Positions 54,330 through 61,783 of a stretch of 64,000 bases of DNA are shown here, piece after piece. Position 1 is the first letter of the stretch; every line of letters starts with the position of its first letter. The notes below the pieces were generated by a model that ran no database searches, was not told the origin of the DNA, and was given only the letters and a program-made list of their open reading frames with translations. A program made the translations under genes and the position numbers. Origin of the DNA: a virus (lineage: Duplodnaviria > Heunggongvirae > Uroviricota > Caudoviricetes). Location of the stretch: the IMG/VR virus record IMGVR_UViG_3300046804_001959, one strand, 5' to 3'.

Positions 54330-54416
54330 ATGGCGGAACGTCTGGGAATCGAACCCAGTCTACCCATAAGGTAGTACAGGTTAGCAACCTGCTGCATTAC
54401 CATCCTGCCCACGTTC
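54330..54416 (-). tRNA. tRNA-Ser (GCT), type II
   Basis: Hand-folded. Acceptor GGAACGT/ACGTTCC. Anticodon arm GCAGG-TTGCTAA-CCTGT. Long variable arm. Confidence 0.7.
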
Positions 54417-54422
54417 CTGAAA

Positions 54423-54499
54423 CTGGTGACCCCACCGGGTGTCGATCCCGGTTCTCAGCTGTGAAAGAGCTGGATTCTAGCCAACGTAAACTATGGGGC
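54423..54499 (-). tRNA. tRNA-Glu (TTC)-like (atypical D and T loops)
   Basis: Hand-folded. Anticodon arm CAGCT-CTTTCAC-AGCTG. T arm CCGGG ATCGACA CCCGG. Acceptor GGCCCCA/TGGGGTC. Confidence 0.5.
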
Positions 54500-54584
54500 C
54501 AAAGTGGCTGCAGCGCAAGTATGGGCCATTGACGAACAATGAAGCATTGGCTGGCAATTTAAACGGGACACGTACCACATAAAA

Positions 54585-54674
54585 ATGGAGGAAGCGGTGG
54601 GATTCGAACCCACGGTACCTTTCGGTACGACGGTTTTCAAGACCGTTCCATTCAACCGGACTCTGGCACGCTTC
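54585..54674 (-). tRNA. tRNA-Ser (TGA), type II
   Basis: Hand-folded. Anticodon arm ACGGT-CTTGAAA-ACCGT. Variable arm CGTACCGAAAGGTACCG. Confidence 0.8.
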
Positions 54675-54679
54675 CAAAT

Positions 54680-54755
54680 TTGGTGCGAATGACAGGGCTC
54701 GAACCTGTGACCTAACGATTATCGGTCGTTTGCTCTACCAACTGAGCTACACTCG
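54680..54755 (-). tRNA. tRNA-Ile (GAT)
   Basis: Hand-folded. Anticodon arm AACGA-CCGATAA-TCGTT. Confidence 0.8.
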
Positions 54756-54790
54756 CACATAAAGAGTTTCTAACGATTTCAAAGAACAGA

Positions 54791-54865
54791 CTGGCGAAGG
54801 TGCCGGGATTCGAACCCAGAACGACGGTTTTGGAGACCGTAATGATAGCCGTTTCACCACACCAA
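54791..54865 (-). tRNA. tRNA-Trp (CCA) with two U-U mismatches in the acceptor stem
   Basis: Hand-folded. Anticodon arm ACGGT-CTCCAAA-ACCGT. Acceptor 5-prime GTTGGTG against 3-prime CACCTTC. Confidence 0.65.
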
Positions 54866-54871
54866 CGTAAT

Positions 54872-54948
54872 CTGGCGATCTAGAAGGGACTTGAACCCTC
54901 GACCTCTCGCGTGACAGGCGAGTGCTCTAACCAACTGAGCTACTAGAC
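54872..54948 (-). tRNA. tRNA-Asp (GTC)
   Basis: Hand-folded. Anticodon arm CTCGC-CTGTCAC-GCGAG. Confidence 0.8.
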
Positions 54949-55006
54949 CATGAACCAGTATTTATACCCTTCTACACGATCGACGCTTATTTGTACACCT
55001 TTATTT

Positions 55007-55450
55007 TCAGTTTAGATGACGAACAGCGTGGTCAGCAGCGTGAGTAGCAGCGAACGATGCAGGCTTGACCTTCGCATCCAGACCGAGCGAGCCTTTCACC
55101 CAACCAAGAGCTTCCTTGATCGCGATCGAAGACTTGTGCTTCGGGTTCGGATTAATGTCAAGGTGCACTTCCATGTGACGATCGCCGAGAACATCGATGA
55201 TGCTCGTCGCAGCAAGAACCGCCATCTGCACTTCGTTCAATAAACGCTGCTTCAGGTTACCGAAGTCAGGCATATCCACCGATTCGTGGAACAACTTGCA
55301 ACCACGCTTGGAGTCCATGTGGACGATGATCACGGTGCTGTACTTGGCATACCACATCTTGTTCTTTTTGAAACGAATAGAGTCACAGCCGATGTAGACT
55401 GACGATTCCTTGCTCGAATCAAGAATCGCTTGCTTTGCTTGTTCAATCAT
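55007..55450 (-). CDS. RNase H-like fold protein (YkuK/DUF458-like)
   Basis: MIEQAKQAILDSSKESSVYIGCDSIRF...YSTVIIVH resembles the N-terminal pattern of that family. 147 aa. Confidence 0.35.
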   Translation of the reverse strand: MIEQAKQAILDSSKESSVYIGCDSIRFKKNKMWYAKYSTVIIVHMDSKRGCKLFHESVDMPDFGNLKQRLLNEVQMAVLAATSIIDVLGDRHMEVHLDINPNPKHKSSIAIKEALGWVKGSLGLDAKVKPASFAATHAADHAVRHLN

Positions 55451-55466
55451 TGTACTTACTCAAAAA

Positions 55467-55544
55467 TGGAGGGCCGGGTGGGATTCGAACCCACGGCTTT
55501 CAGGATTTGCAGTCCTGTGCGATGGACCACTCCGCCACCGACCC
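55467..55544 (-). tRNA. tRNA-Cys (GCA)
   Basis: Hand-folded. Anticodon arm CAGGA-CTGCAAA-TCCTG. Confidence 0.8.
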
Positions 55545-55545
55545 T

Positions 55546-55640
55546 TGGTACTCCCGGTAGGACTCGAACCTACATCGTCGGCTAATCTGGCCGTCATGCC
55601 TTATAAGGACACCGCTCTACCATTGAGCTACAGGAGTAAA
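55546..55640 (-). tRNA. tRNA-like gene, about 95 nt, type-II-like (anticodon loop CTTATAA; identity undetermined)
   Basis: Hand-folded. Canonical acceptor (ACTCCTG/CGGGAGT), D arm and T arm (GTAGG TTCGAGT CCTAC). Anticodon stem GTGTC/GGCAT with two G-U pairs. A long extra hairpin GACGGC-CAGATTA-GCCGAC. Confidence 0.4.
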
Positions 55641-55641
55641 T

Positions 55642-55718
55642 TGGCGCGCCGTGCAGGACTCGAACCTGCCACCTCAAGTTTAGAAGACTCGCGCTCTATC
55701 CGGATGAGCTAACGGCGC
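55642..55718 (-). tRNA. tRNA-Arg (TCT)
   Basis: Hand-folded. Anticodon arm CGAGT-CTTCTAA-ACTTG. Confidence 0.8.
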
Positions 55719-55724
55719 AATTGA

Positions 55725-55958
55725 TTAGGCGATGCGACCTATTCGATGGAGGAGATTGGCAACCTTGACCAGTTCTTCATCTGCGGATCGCTCAGTTTCT
55801 GATGTCATAACCAGCATAGTTTTGTAATGAAACAAAGCGCGCTTGAGAACAGGCATATCGGCTGGTGCGAACGTACCGCCTTTTGCTTCTTTCGGTTTGC
55901 TCTTAAAAATTTCCATTACTTCGACTCCAACAACCAAGTGTTTGCAGTATCCATCCAA
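55725..55958 (-). CDS. hypothetical protein
   Basis: 77-aa ORF. Confidence 0.35.
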   Translation of the reverse strand: MDGYCKHLVVGVEVMEIFKSKPKEAKGGTFAPADMPVLKRALFHYKTMLVMTSETERSADEELVKVANLLHRIGRIA

Positions 55959-56103
55959 TCCAAAGCCTCGAGAGGCAACGATTCTCCACGACGCTGAGCG
56001 TTCAACAGTTCGCAGAAGGTTACTTCTACTGCCTTCGGATCAGCCATAGTAGGAAACGCGAAAAGTTCAACTTCCATGATTCACCTCCGTAGTATACTAT
56101 ATA

Positions 56104-56319
56104 TCAGCGAGACGTAAACACCGCCACGATAAAAACAACCAAAAAGATAACCGCAGCGATTGCCAGCGGAATCCAGAACGGTGAGAGAACCCACAGCCAC
56201 GACCAGGCAATATAACCAGTAAGCTTGAGAGTGATGAAGATCAGACCAAGCAGGCCGAGGATGGGAAACTGAACGGTAACGTTTTTAGATTCAGACATAA
56301 CGAGCTCCAGTATAATCAT
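56104..56319 (-). CDS. small membrane protein
   Basis: 71 aa with two hydrophobic helices. Confidence 0.35.
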   Translation of the reverse strand: MIILELVMSESKNVTVQFPILGLLGLIFITLKLTGYIAWSWLWVLSPFWIPLAIAAVIFLVVFIVAVFTSR

Positions 56320-56605
56320 AGACGGTGAAGTGAGTGGCGTCAGCGATCAGACAGTCTTGCATCGCACGATGGCGGCCACGAATATAAGTACGGCCGTTAG
56401 TTGCGGGCATTTCGCGACCGATAGCGACGGTACGAGGACCACGATAGCGAAGACGGACACGGACACGTTCAGCGCGATAAGCGGCGAGCACTTGTTCGCG
56501 AAGTTCGATCGGAATCCAATACGCACGGACGGGGTAGTAGTTTTGACGAGTCGCGTCGGCGGGGACGGTGTAGGTCGATTCGATCTGTGCAACGGTAAGA
56601 GTCAC
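56291..56605 (-). CDS. hypothetical protein
   Basis: 104 aa, Arg-rich. Confidence 0.35.
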   Translation of the reverse strand: MTLTVAQIESTYTVPADATRQNYYPVRAYWIPIELREQVLAAYRAERVRVRLRYRGPRTVAIGREMPATNGRTYIRGRHRAMQDCLIADATHFTVYDYTGARYV

Positions 56606-56651
56606 TGATATTTCCTTTCAACTGATAATATCATCTTACTGCAGTTTCGGA

Positions 56652-56981
56652 TTATTGTACACCCCTTGTTTTCGAATTTAGCAAATCTTTTGCTCTTTTT
56701 TTGACCCAATCATCGAAAGGCAAGAAAGCACCTGAGGCACCGGTCCAGTCAGAGAATTCCTTGTCGTAGAATCCTATGACCTTCTTCTGCTTCTGTAGCT
56801 CTACGAGCTCGTCTGCCCATTGTTGCCACTTATGGTCGTCGATGACGTTCTCATCCATCTCGTAGTAGAGATATGAGTGGACCAGCATCTGAATCCTACG
56901 TTGGCGAATCTTTTCAGACAACGTCTGAACCTCGTTCACCATCGGATCATCGTCCAACCACGCAGAGAGGTCGGCTGCCAT
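56652..56981 (-). CDS. hypothetical protein
   Basis: 109-aa ORF. Confidence 0.4.
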   Translation of the reverse strand: MAADLSAWLDDDPMVNEVQTLSEKIRQRRIQMLVHSYLYYEMDENVIDDHKWQQWADELVELQKQKKVIGFYDKEFSDWTGASGAFLPFDDWVKKRAKDLLNSKTRGVQ

Positions 56982-57373
56982 TACTCAGACAACCACTGAG
57001 CAATGGAGCCATACTTCAGGTCGAACTTGTACTCAAGCGCTTCGAGCCCATAGAACTTGAACTCGTCCTCTGAGATGCCTTCAGCATCAGCGATGATCTC
57101 GACTGCACGCTCACGAGTAGAACCGTGTACCATCTGCATGATACCATCCACACGGCACACAAAGTCTTCGAAGTTACGAGCTTGCTGCTCTGCTTCCTGA
57201 GCGTTCTGCTCGTTAAGACGATTGACAAGATACTCGAAGTCCTCATCGAACTCTTTGACCGATTCGAACTTAGCATAACGAGGCCGGCTACCGTACACGT
57301 CCTTGTACAGATCCGAGTAGATATCGCCGTCCTTCGAGTTGGTCAGCGTGTTGATGTCCGAGAGAGTAAGCAT
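56981..57373 (-). CDS. hypothetical protein
   Basis: 130 aa. A GGAGG RBS is embedded in the upstream hairpin. Confidence 0.45.
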   Translation of the reverse strand: MLTLSDINTLTNSKDGDIYSDLYKDVYGSRPRYAKFESVKEFDEDFEYLVNRLNEQNAQEAEQQARNFEDFVCRVDGIMQMVHGSTRERAVEIIADAEGISEDEFKFYGLEALEYKFDLKYGSIAQWLSE

Positions 57374-57378
57374 AAGAA

Positions 57379-57442
57379 AACCTCCGTTGTTACATTCTTA
57401 CCCTACAACGGAGGTTTCTTTTTGTACACCCTAAAAGTGATT
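57379..57442 (-). promoter_or_regulatory. Promoter (TGTACA-N17-TAGGGT) overlapping an 11-bp perfect inverted repeat that contains the RBS
   Basis: AACCTCCGTTG...CAACGGAGGTT followed by TTTCTT, then ATG. Confidence 0.5.
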
Positions 57443-57456
57443 TTTATCGAAAAAAA

Positions 57457-57657
57457 TTACACTGCGATGTTGAACGCAGCGAGCTTGGCAACCACTTCGT
57501 CGATAGTATCGAGGATGGTATCAGGGCCACGATCGTCGACTGTACGGATCATGACCTTGCCGCGGTGTTCTACGACACCGATAAGATGGTTAACGTTGAC
57601 CAGGTACTTACCACCTGATTCGTTGATGAACTCTACGAATTGCACTTTGTCGCTCAT
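57457..57657 (-). CDS. hypothetical protein
   Basis: 66-aa ORF upstream of regA. Confidence 0.4.
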   Translation of the reverse strand: MSDKVQFVEFINESGGKYLVNVNHLIGVVEHRGKVMIRTVDDRGPDTILDTIDEVVAKLAAFNIAV

Positions 57658-58049
57658 TTCTTTCTTCCTATGTTATACTTCGTCACGAGGTTCCATTCGT
57701 TCTTTTCTTTGAACGGAAGGATTTTAATCTGGTTCAATGGAGTCTGTGGATCTTCGATCTTTTCTGGCTCAACGACAGCGATCAGTCCCCAATCAGACAG
57801 AAGTTTGGTGATGGTATTCCTACGACCCTTGTCCTCGGACGAGAAGTCAGACGGCTTGCCATCAAGAGCAAACAGTTCCTTGAAGTGTACGATGTAGTAC
57901 TTACCTTGTTTGTGGAGGATATGACAAGATTGGTAAAGTGTCTTGTCCTTGCGTGAAGCTACGCCGATGCGAGTCAGAGTCTCACGGACCTTCAGGAAAT
58001 CGTCTTCTTCGCCCAGCCTCACTTCAACTAAACTTTCGATGATACTCAT
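57654..58049 (-). CDS. regA: Translational repressor RegA
   Basis: FLKVRETLTRIGVASRKDKTLYQSCHILHKQGKYYIVHFKE matches T4 RegA (FLKVKETLTRMGIANNKDKVLYQSCHILQKKGLYYIVHFKE). Confidence 0.85.
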   Translation of the reverse strand: MSIIESLVEVRLGEEDDFLKVRETLTRIGVASRKDKTLYQSCHILHKQGKYYIVHFKELFALDGKPSDFSSEDKGRRNTITKLLSDWGLIAVVEPEKIEDPQTPLNQIKILPFKEKNEWNLVTKYNIGRKK

Positions 58050-58432
58050 GTTTCACCCTTCTGAATCTTTTTCTTTATTATCTTTATCTGTTCAGAGGAG
58101 AGGATATCAAGGGCAGCCTTGGCAGCACGACGATTGTAACCGTAGTACTCTGCAACCGCTTCGAGATCTCCATCCTTTTCTTTCTTCACCCACTTAGCAA
58201 AGCGTTTACTGGGGCGAATAATATTTATCAAAAAGGAGTATTGCAGTTTGTGATCCAGATGATGGTTGCAGTTCATCATGTTGGCTGCATGGATAGTATC
58301 AGCGAAGTATGAGAGAGACTTGTTGGTCAGCCAAGGACTGTAAGTCTTCTCGGCGAGAGCATCATTCTCCGTACCTTTCATCAGGTTCTTCTTCGTCGAG
58401 TTGATCGAGTTCACGAAGTCGAAGGGATTCAT
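58046..58432 (-). CDS. Clamp-loader small subunit (T4 gp62-like)
   Basis: RPSKRFAKWVKKEKDGDLEAVAEYYGYNRR parallels T4 gp62 ([32 protein letters not shown]). Its position between gp44 and regA is also syntenic with T4. Confidence 0.7.
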   Translation of the reverse strand: MNPFDFVNSINSTKKNLMKGTENDALAEKTYSPWLTNKSLSYFADTIHAANMMNCNHHLDHKLQYSFLINIIRPSKRFAKWVKKEKDGDLEAVAEYYGYNRRAAKAALDILSSEQIKIIKKKIQKGET

Positions 58433-58604
58433 CTTTGCGGCCTTTCATAATCACGTCAGCAGACTTGTCAAAGAAGTCTGCACACTTTTCACATATTTCC
58501 AGTGTGTGAAGGCCTTCGACTGTTTCCAACCTCAGTTCATGGAACTGAGCCTTCTTCGGATACTTATCTTCACACACTGGACACTTCTTCTTACCGAAGA
58601 TCAT
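58362..58604 (-). CDS. Zinc-ribbon small protein inserted between the gp44 and gp62 homologues
   Basis: CPVCEDKYPKK...CEKCADFF gives four Cys. 80 aa. Confidence 0.4.
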   Translation of the reverse strand: MIFGKKKCPVCEDKYPKKAQFHELRLETVEGLHTLEICEKCADFFDKSADVIMKGRKDESLRLRELDQLDEEEPDERYGE

Positions 58605-59536
58605 ACGAACTCGCAGTCAGCCATGATCTCGGTGACACATGCCACGAGGTTGATCTCAGGATCGGCAGCGAAAGCGTTCTGATACTGGTACTTCGAGAGG
58701 TGTAGCACCAACTGAGGTACACTACCTTTGCCGATGTAGTCTTCAGCCTTGTCGAAGAACAGACGGAAGAACTCGGTCGGCTCGACATCAGACTCGGCAA
58801 CCCACTTACGGACAGCAGTGAAGTTCTTATCCTTCATGTAACCAATCAGCTTAGCGAGAGCAGAATCCGTGAAGTTCCTAAGAATCCCAGTGTCAATGCT
58901 GCCAGTAGCACTATACCTCTGAAGCTCGTTGATAACACGTCGCCAATCTGGAAAGTGAGTCTTGATGACTTCAGCAACGACCGCCTTTTCATAAGAAACC
59001 GATTCAGCTTCGAGGATTCCACATACCCTCTGAAGAAACTGCTTCGCGAGATTGGGAAGTTCTGACTTAGGAATCTTAAACTTGACAACCGAGCATCGAG
59101 AATGTAGTGGCTCAATAATCCGATCGACAAAATTACAAGTAAGAATGAATCCACAGTTTGCACTGAATTCCTCCATAAAGTTACGCAGCGCTGGCTGAGT
59201 GGACTGAGGGTTGAGATAGTCAGCCTCGTCGAGGATCACCATCTTTCTGCCACCCATCAGAGACACCGAGCTGGCAAACTGAGAGATGTCGTTACGCAGC
59301 ATGTCGATGTTGCCATTCATCGAACCGTTGATAACGATGTAGTCGCATCCAAGCTCTTCACACATGGCTTTTGCCACAGTCGTCTTACCGACGCCTGCAG
59401 TACCAGAGAGAATGAGGTTTGGAATGTTCTTCTGATCGACGAACTGTTGGAAAGTCTTCTTCAGTTCGTCGGGGAGAATAGTGTCAGCAACAGTCTTGGG
59501 ACGATACTTCTCGACCCACAAAAAATCTTCAAGCAT
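58601..59536 (-). CDS. Clamp-loader large subunit (T4 gp44 / RFC-like AAA+)
   Basis: Walker A LILSGTAGVGKTT, Walker B MVILDEADYL, SRC-like motif EPLHSRCSVV. 311 aa. Confidence 0.88.
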   Translation of the reverse strand: MLEDFLWVEKYRPKTVADTILPDELKKTFQQFVDQKNIPNLILSGTAGVGKTTVAKAMCEELGCDYIVINGSMNGNIDMLRNDISQFASSVSLMGGRKMVILDEADYLNPQSTQPALRNFMEEFSANCGFILTCNFVDRIIEPLHSRCSVVKFKIPKSELPNLAKQFLQRVCGILEAESVSYEKAVVAEVIKTHFPDWRRVINELQRYSATGSIDTGILRNFTDSALAKLIGYMKDKNFTAVRKWVAESDVEPTEFFRLFFDKAEDYIGKGSVPQLVLHLSKYQYQNAFAADPEINLVACVTEIMADCEFV

Positions 59537-59659
59537 AATATATCTCCGTCAAAATCAAAATGCCGGTTACGAGGTCCGGCGTCGCCTTTTCGTATCGACC
59601 GCTCCACTCTACGAGTGCCTTTTATACGCTGGCATCTTATGGTGGCCAGTCACCATCCG

Positions 59660-60319
59660 TTAGGCTTCGAACGAAGAGTTGGATTCGACGGCGATCCAGT
59701 ACTCTACGGTTGCACCCTTCCAGTGGCTGAGACCCTTCGACGAGATCGATACGTCGTAGGAACCAGGAATCAGTTTGATGCAGTCAGCACGGAATACCAT
59801 GCGGAAGCGTGCTTCAGTTTCACCAACTATGACGCTGAACGAGTCATTGGTAGTACCACGAGTATCGACTGCCTGCAGAAGGATCTGACCGTCCTTACCG
59901 ACGATGGCGATTTCAGGAAGCTGAGATACGCTCAGTGCCTTCATCACTCGGTTAAGTGCTTCTTCGGTGATCAAGCAGTTGACTTCAGGATTCGGAAGCT
60001 CGATCTCACGATCGGGCGGAACGATGATCAGCGAAGGATCGGTAACAGCATAGTTGAACTTGTTGTTGCCTTCGCTGATGACCACGTGCGAGTCCTTGAC
60101 ATCGATCTCAGGTTCATTGAACAGAGAAAGAGTGCCGATGAACCTCGACAGGTCGTACACTGCAAAACTCTTGTCGAATTCTTGACTGATCGTTGCGCGA
60201 GCAAGAACAGACTTGGTCGACGAGATGGTACGGATTACATTACCCGGCTTGAACATGATGTTCTTGTTAATAGCCGAGAAGTTCTTCAAAATTTGCAGCG
60301 TAGCATTATCTAGTTTCAT
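59660..60319 (-). CDS. Sliding clamp (T4 gp45-like)
   Basis: MKLDNATLQILKNFSAINKNIMFK matches the T4 gp45 N-terminus MKLSKDTTALLKNFATINSGIMLK. 219 aa. Confidence 0.85.
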   Translation of the reverse strand: MKLDNATLQILKNFSAINKNIMFKPGNVIRTISSTKSVLARATISQEFDKSFAVYDLSRFIGTLSLFNEPEIDVKDSHVVISEGNNKFNYAVTDPSLIIVPPDREIELPNPEVNCLITEEALNRVMKALSVSQLPEIAIVGKDGQILLQAVDTRGTTNDSFSVIVGETEARFRMVFRADCIKLIPGSYDVSISSKGLSHWKGATVEYWIAVESNSSFEA

Positions 60320-60349
60320 AATAAAGTCTCCATATGTTCGGAATATTCA

Positions 60350-60385
60350 TCTTACACGTTGTAGTATTAATTGTACACCTTTAAT
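60350..60385 (-). promoter_or_regulatory. Promoter: TGTACA-N17-TAAGAT upstream of the gp45 homologue
   Basis: Motif copy. Confidence 0.5.
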
Positions 60386-61355
60386 TCTTCTTCTTGAGTG
60401 CAGCAGGATCTGCGGTAGCTGCAGCACCTACTCGAGCAAGGTCGGGCAGAGAACCACCGAACACGTAAGAACCAACGTGCTTCAGTTCCATCCACGGACA
60501 CAGCCAGACATGCATGCCAGCGTTACGAACCCACTGACAGAACATGTAGTCTTCTGAGAGGTAACGCTTCGAGTAATCCTTCAGCAGACCCCCGTTCGGA
60601 TCTTGTACGAATGCCAAGATATCGTCTGCCTTTGCCTTTGGGTTCTTGTCAAGGAATTCCTTGAGTTCGGCATTGAGGTTCGTACGCTTGTGATCGATCG
60701 GAGTATCGAAGAATGCCATGATCTCACGGCTACCGTCGAAGTGTTCGGTACGAACGTGATCAGGCTTGTAGAACTGCTGAGGATACTGTTCGATGAACTT
60801 CTCGAAGGTGTTACGACGAATCATCATGAAACCGGTACCAGCTTCGAGCACTTCGACAGGCTGACCGAGCGGGATCTCGCGAGTCTCACCGGTCGGGTTG
60901 AAGACGTAGTCGCCTACGAACTTCTCGAGCTGGTTAGGATCTTCGTCAGCCATTCCCTTGTCGACAGCAAGCTTGATCTTTTCCCAGCTGATGCACTTCT
61001 TTGGATACGGACCAGCGATGATGTCGTAGTTGTCCTGAGTTGCATCAGGATTCTGCAGAGCGAGTAGAGCGATCACATCGTTCGGATTGAAACCGATGTC
61101 CGAGTCGATGAACATCAGGTGAGTATCACCTGAACGCATGAACTCATCTGCGCAGTAGTTACGAGCTCGAGTAATTAGCGACTCGTTGAAGAGGAAGTAG
61201 AATCGAACCTGAATACCGTAATGGGTACAGAGAGCCGAGAGGTCAGCGATCGAACGAGTGAACATACCCGCACACTGGCCACCGTACATCGGTGCAGCGA
61301 CGAAGAGCTTACGCTTCCTTAGCTCTTCGATTGGAACTTGAATTTCAATACCCAT
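60381..61355 (-). CDS. Putative glycosyltransferase (GT-A-like with a DxD motif)
   Basis: LFVAAPMYGG...THLMFIDSDIGF. 324 aa. Confidence 0.35.
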   Translation of the reverse strand: MGIEIQVPIEELRKRKLFVAAPMYGGQCAGMFTRSIADLSALCTHYGIQVRFYFLFNESLITRARNYCADEFMRSGDTHLMFIDSDIGFNPNDVIALLALQNPDATQDNYDIIAGPYPKKCISWEKIKLAVDKGMADEDPNQLEKFVGDYVFNPTGETREIPLGQPVEVLEAGTGFMMIRRNTFEKFIEQYPQQFYKPDHVRTEHFDGSREIMAFFDTPIDHKRTNLNAELKEFLDKNPKAKADDILAFVQDPNGGLLKDYSKRYLSEDYMFCQWVRNAGMHVWLCPWMELKHVGSYVFGGSLPDLARVGAAATADPAALKKKN

Positions 61356-61357
61356 AA

Positions 61358-61783
61358 TTAGTCCTTATATTCATTGTCATGTACATGGAGTTGGATGATG
61401 GCGTAGTGGATAACCTTCATGAGGTCCTTTCGCCATTCTTTTGGATCGCCCTTGCGACCGTAACGCTGAGTGTACTTCATCATATTCCCGATGTTGAAGC
61501 CTGTACCGTGACCACCATCGATGATGAACTCGGTTGCCTGAAACTTGTTGCGGGAATAATGCTGATCGTACGTAGCATCTACGTAGGCCTGAATCTCTTT
61601 GATGAGCTCGCCTTCATTGTATTTATAATCGATGAGAGGCTTCGTCTTCAAACCAGGAACAAAATTTGTCGTAGTTGTTTTCAGTGGTTCTACTTCAACA
61701 GCGCTCAACGTAGTTCCATGTCCCACAATAGTTTGCGTTCCCATATTTTCATCCTTATCTTCATAATATTTGTAAGCACTCAT
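61358..61783 (-). CDS. hypothetical protein
   Basis: 141-aa ORF. Confidence 0.4.
   Translation of the reverse strand: MSAYKYYEDKDENMGTQTIVGHGTTLSAVEVEPLKTTTTNFVPGLKTKPLIDYKYNEGELIKEIQAYVDATYDQHYSRNKFQATEFIIDGGHGTGFNIGNMMKYTQRYGRKGDPKEWRKDLMKVIHYAIIQLHVHDNEYKD

Noticed and set aside
50948-55712. Numerous 60-150-aa ORFs on both strands across the tRNA cluster (e.g. 53182..53640 +, 54125..54412 -, 55410..55712 +)
   Set aside because: They are fully covered by tRNA genes on the minus strand. Their translations are dominated by codons imposed by tRNA stems (GFELT, SSNP etc.).
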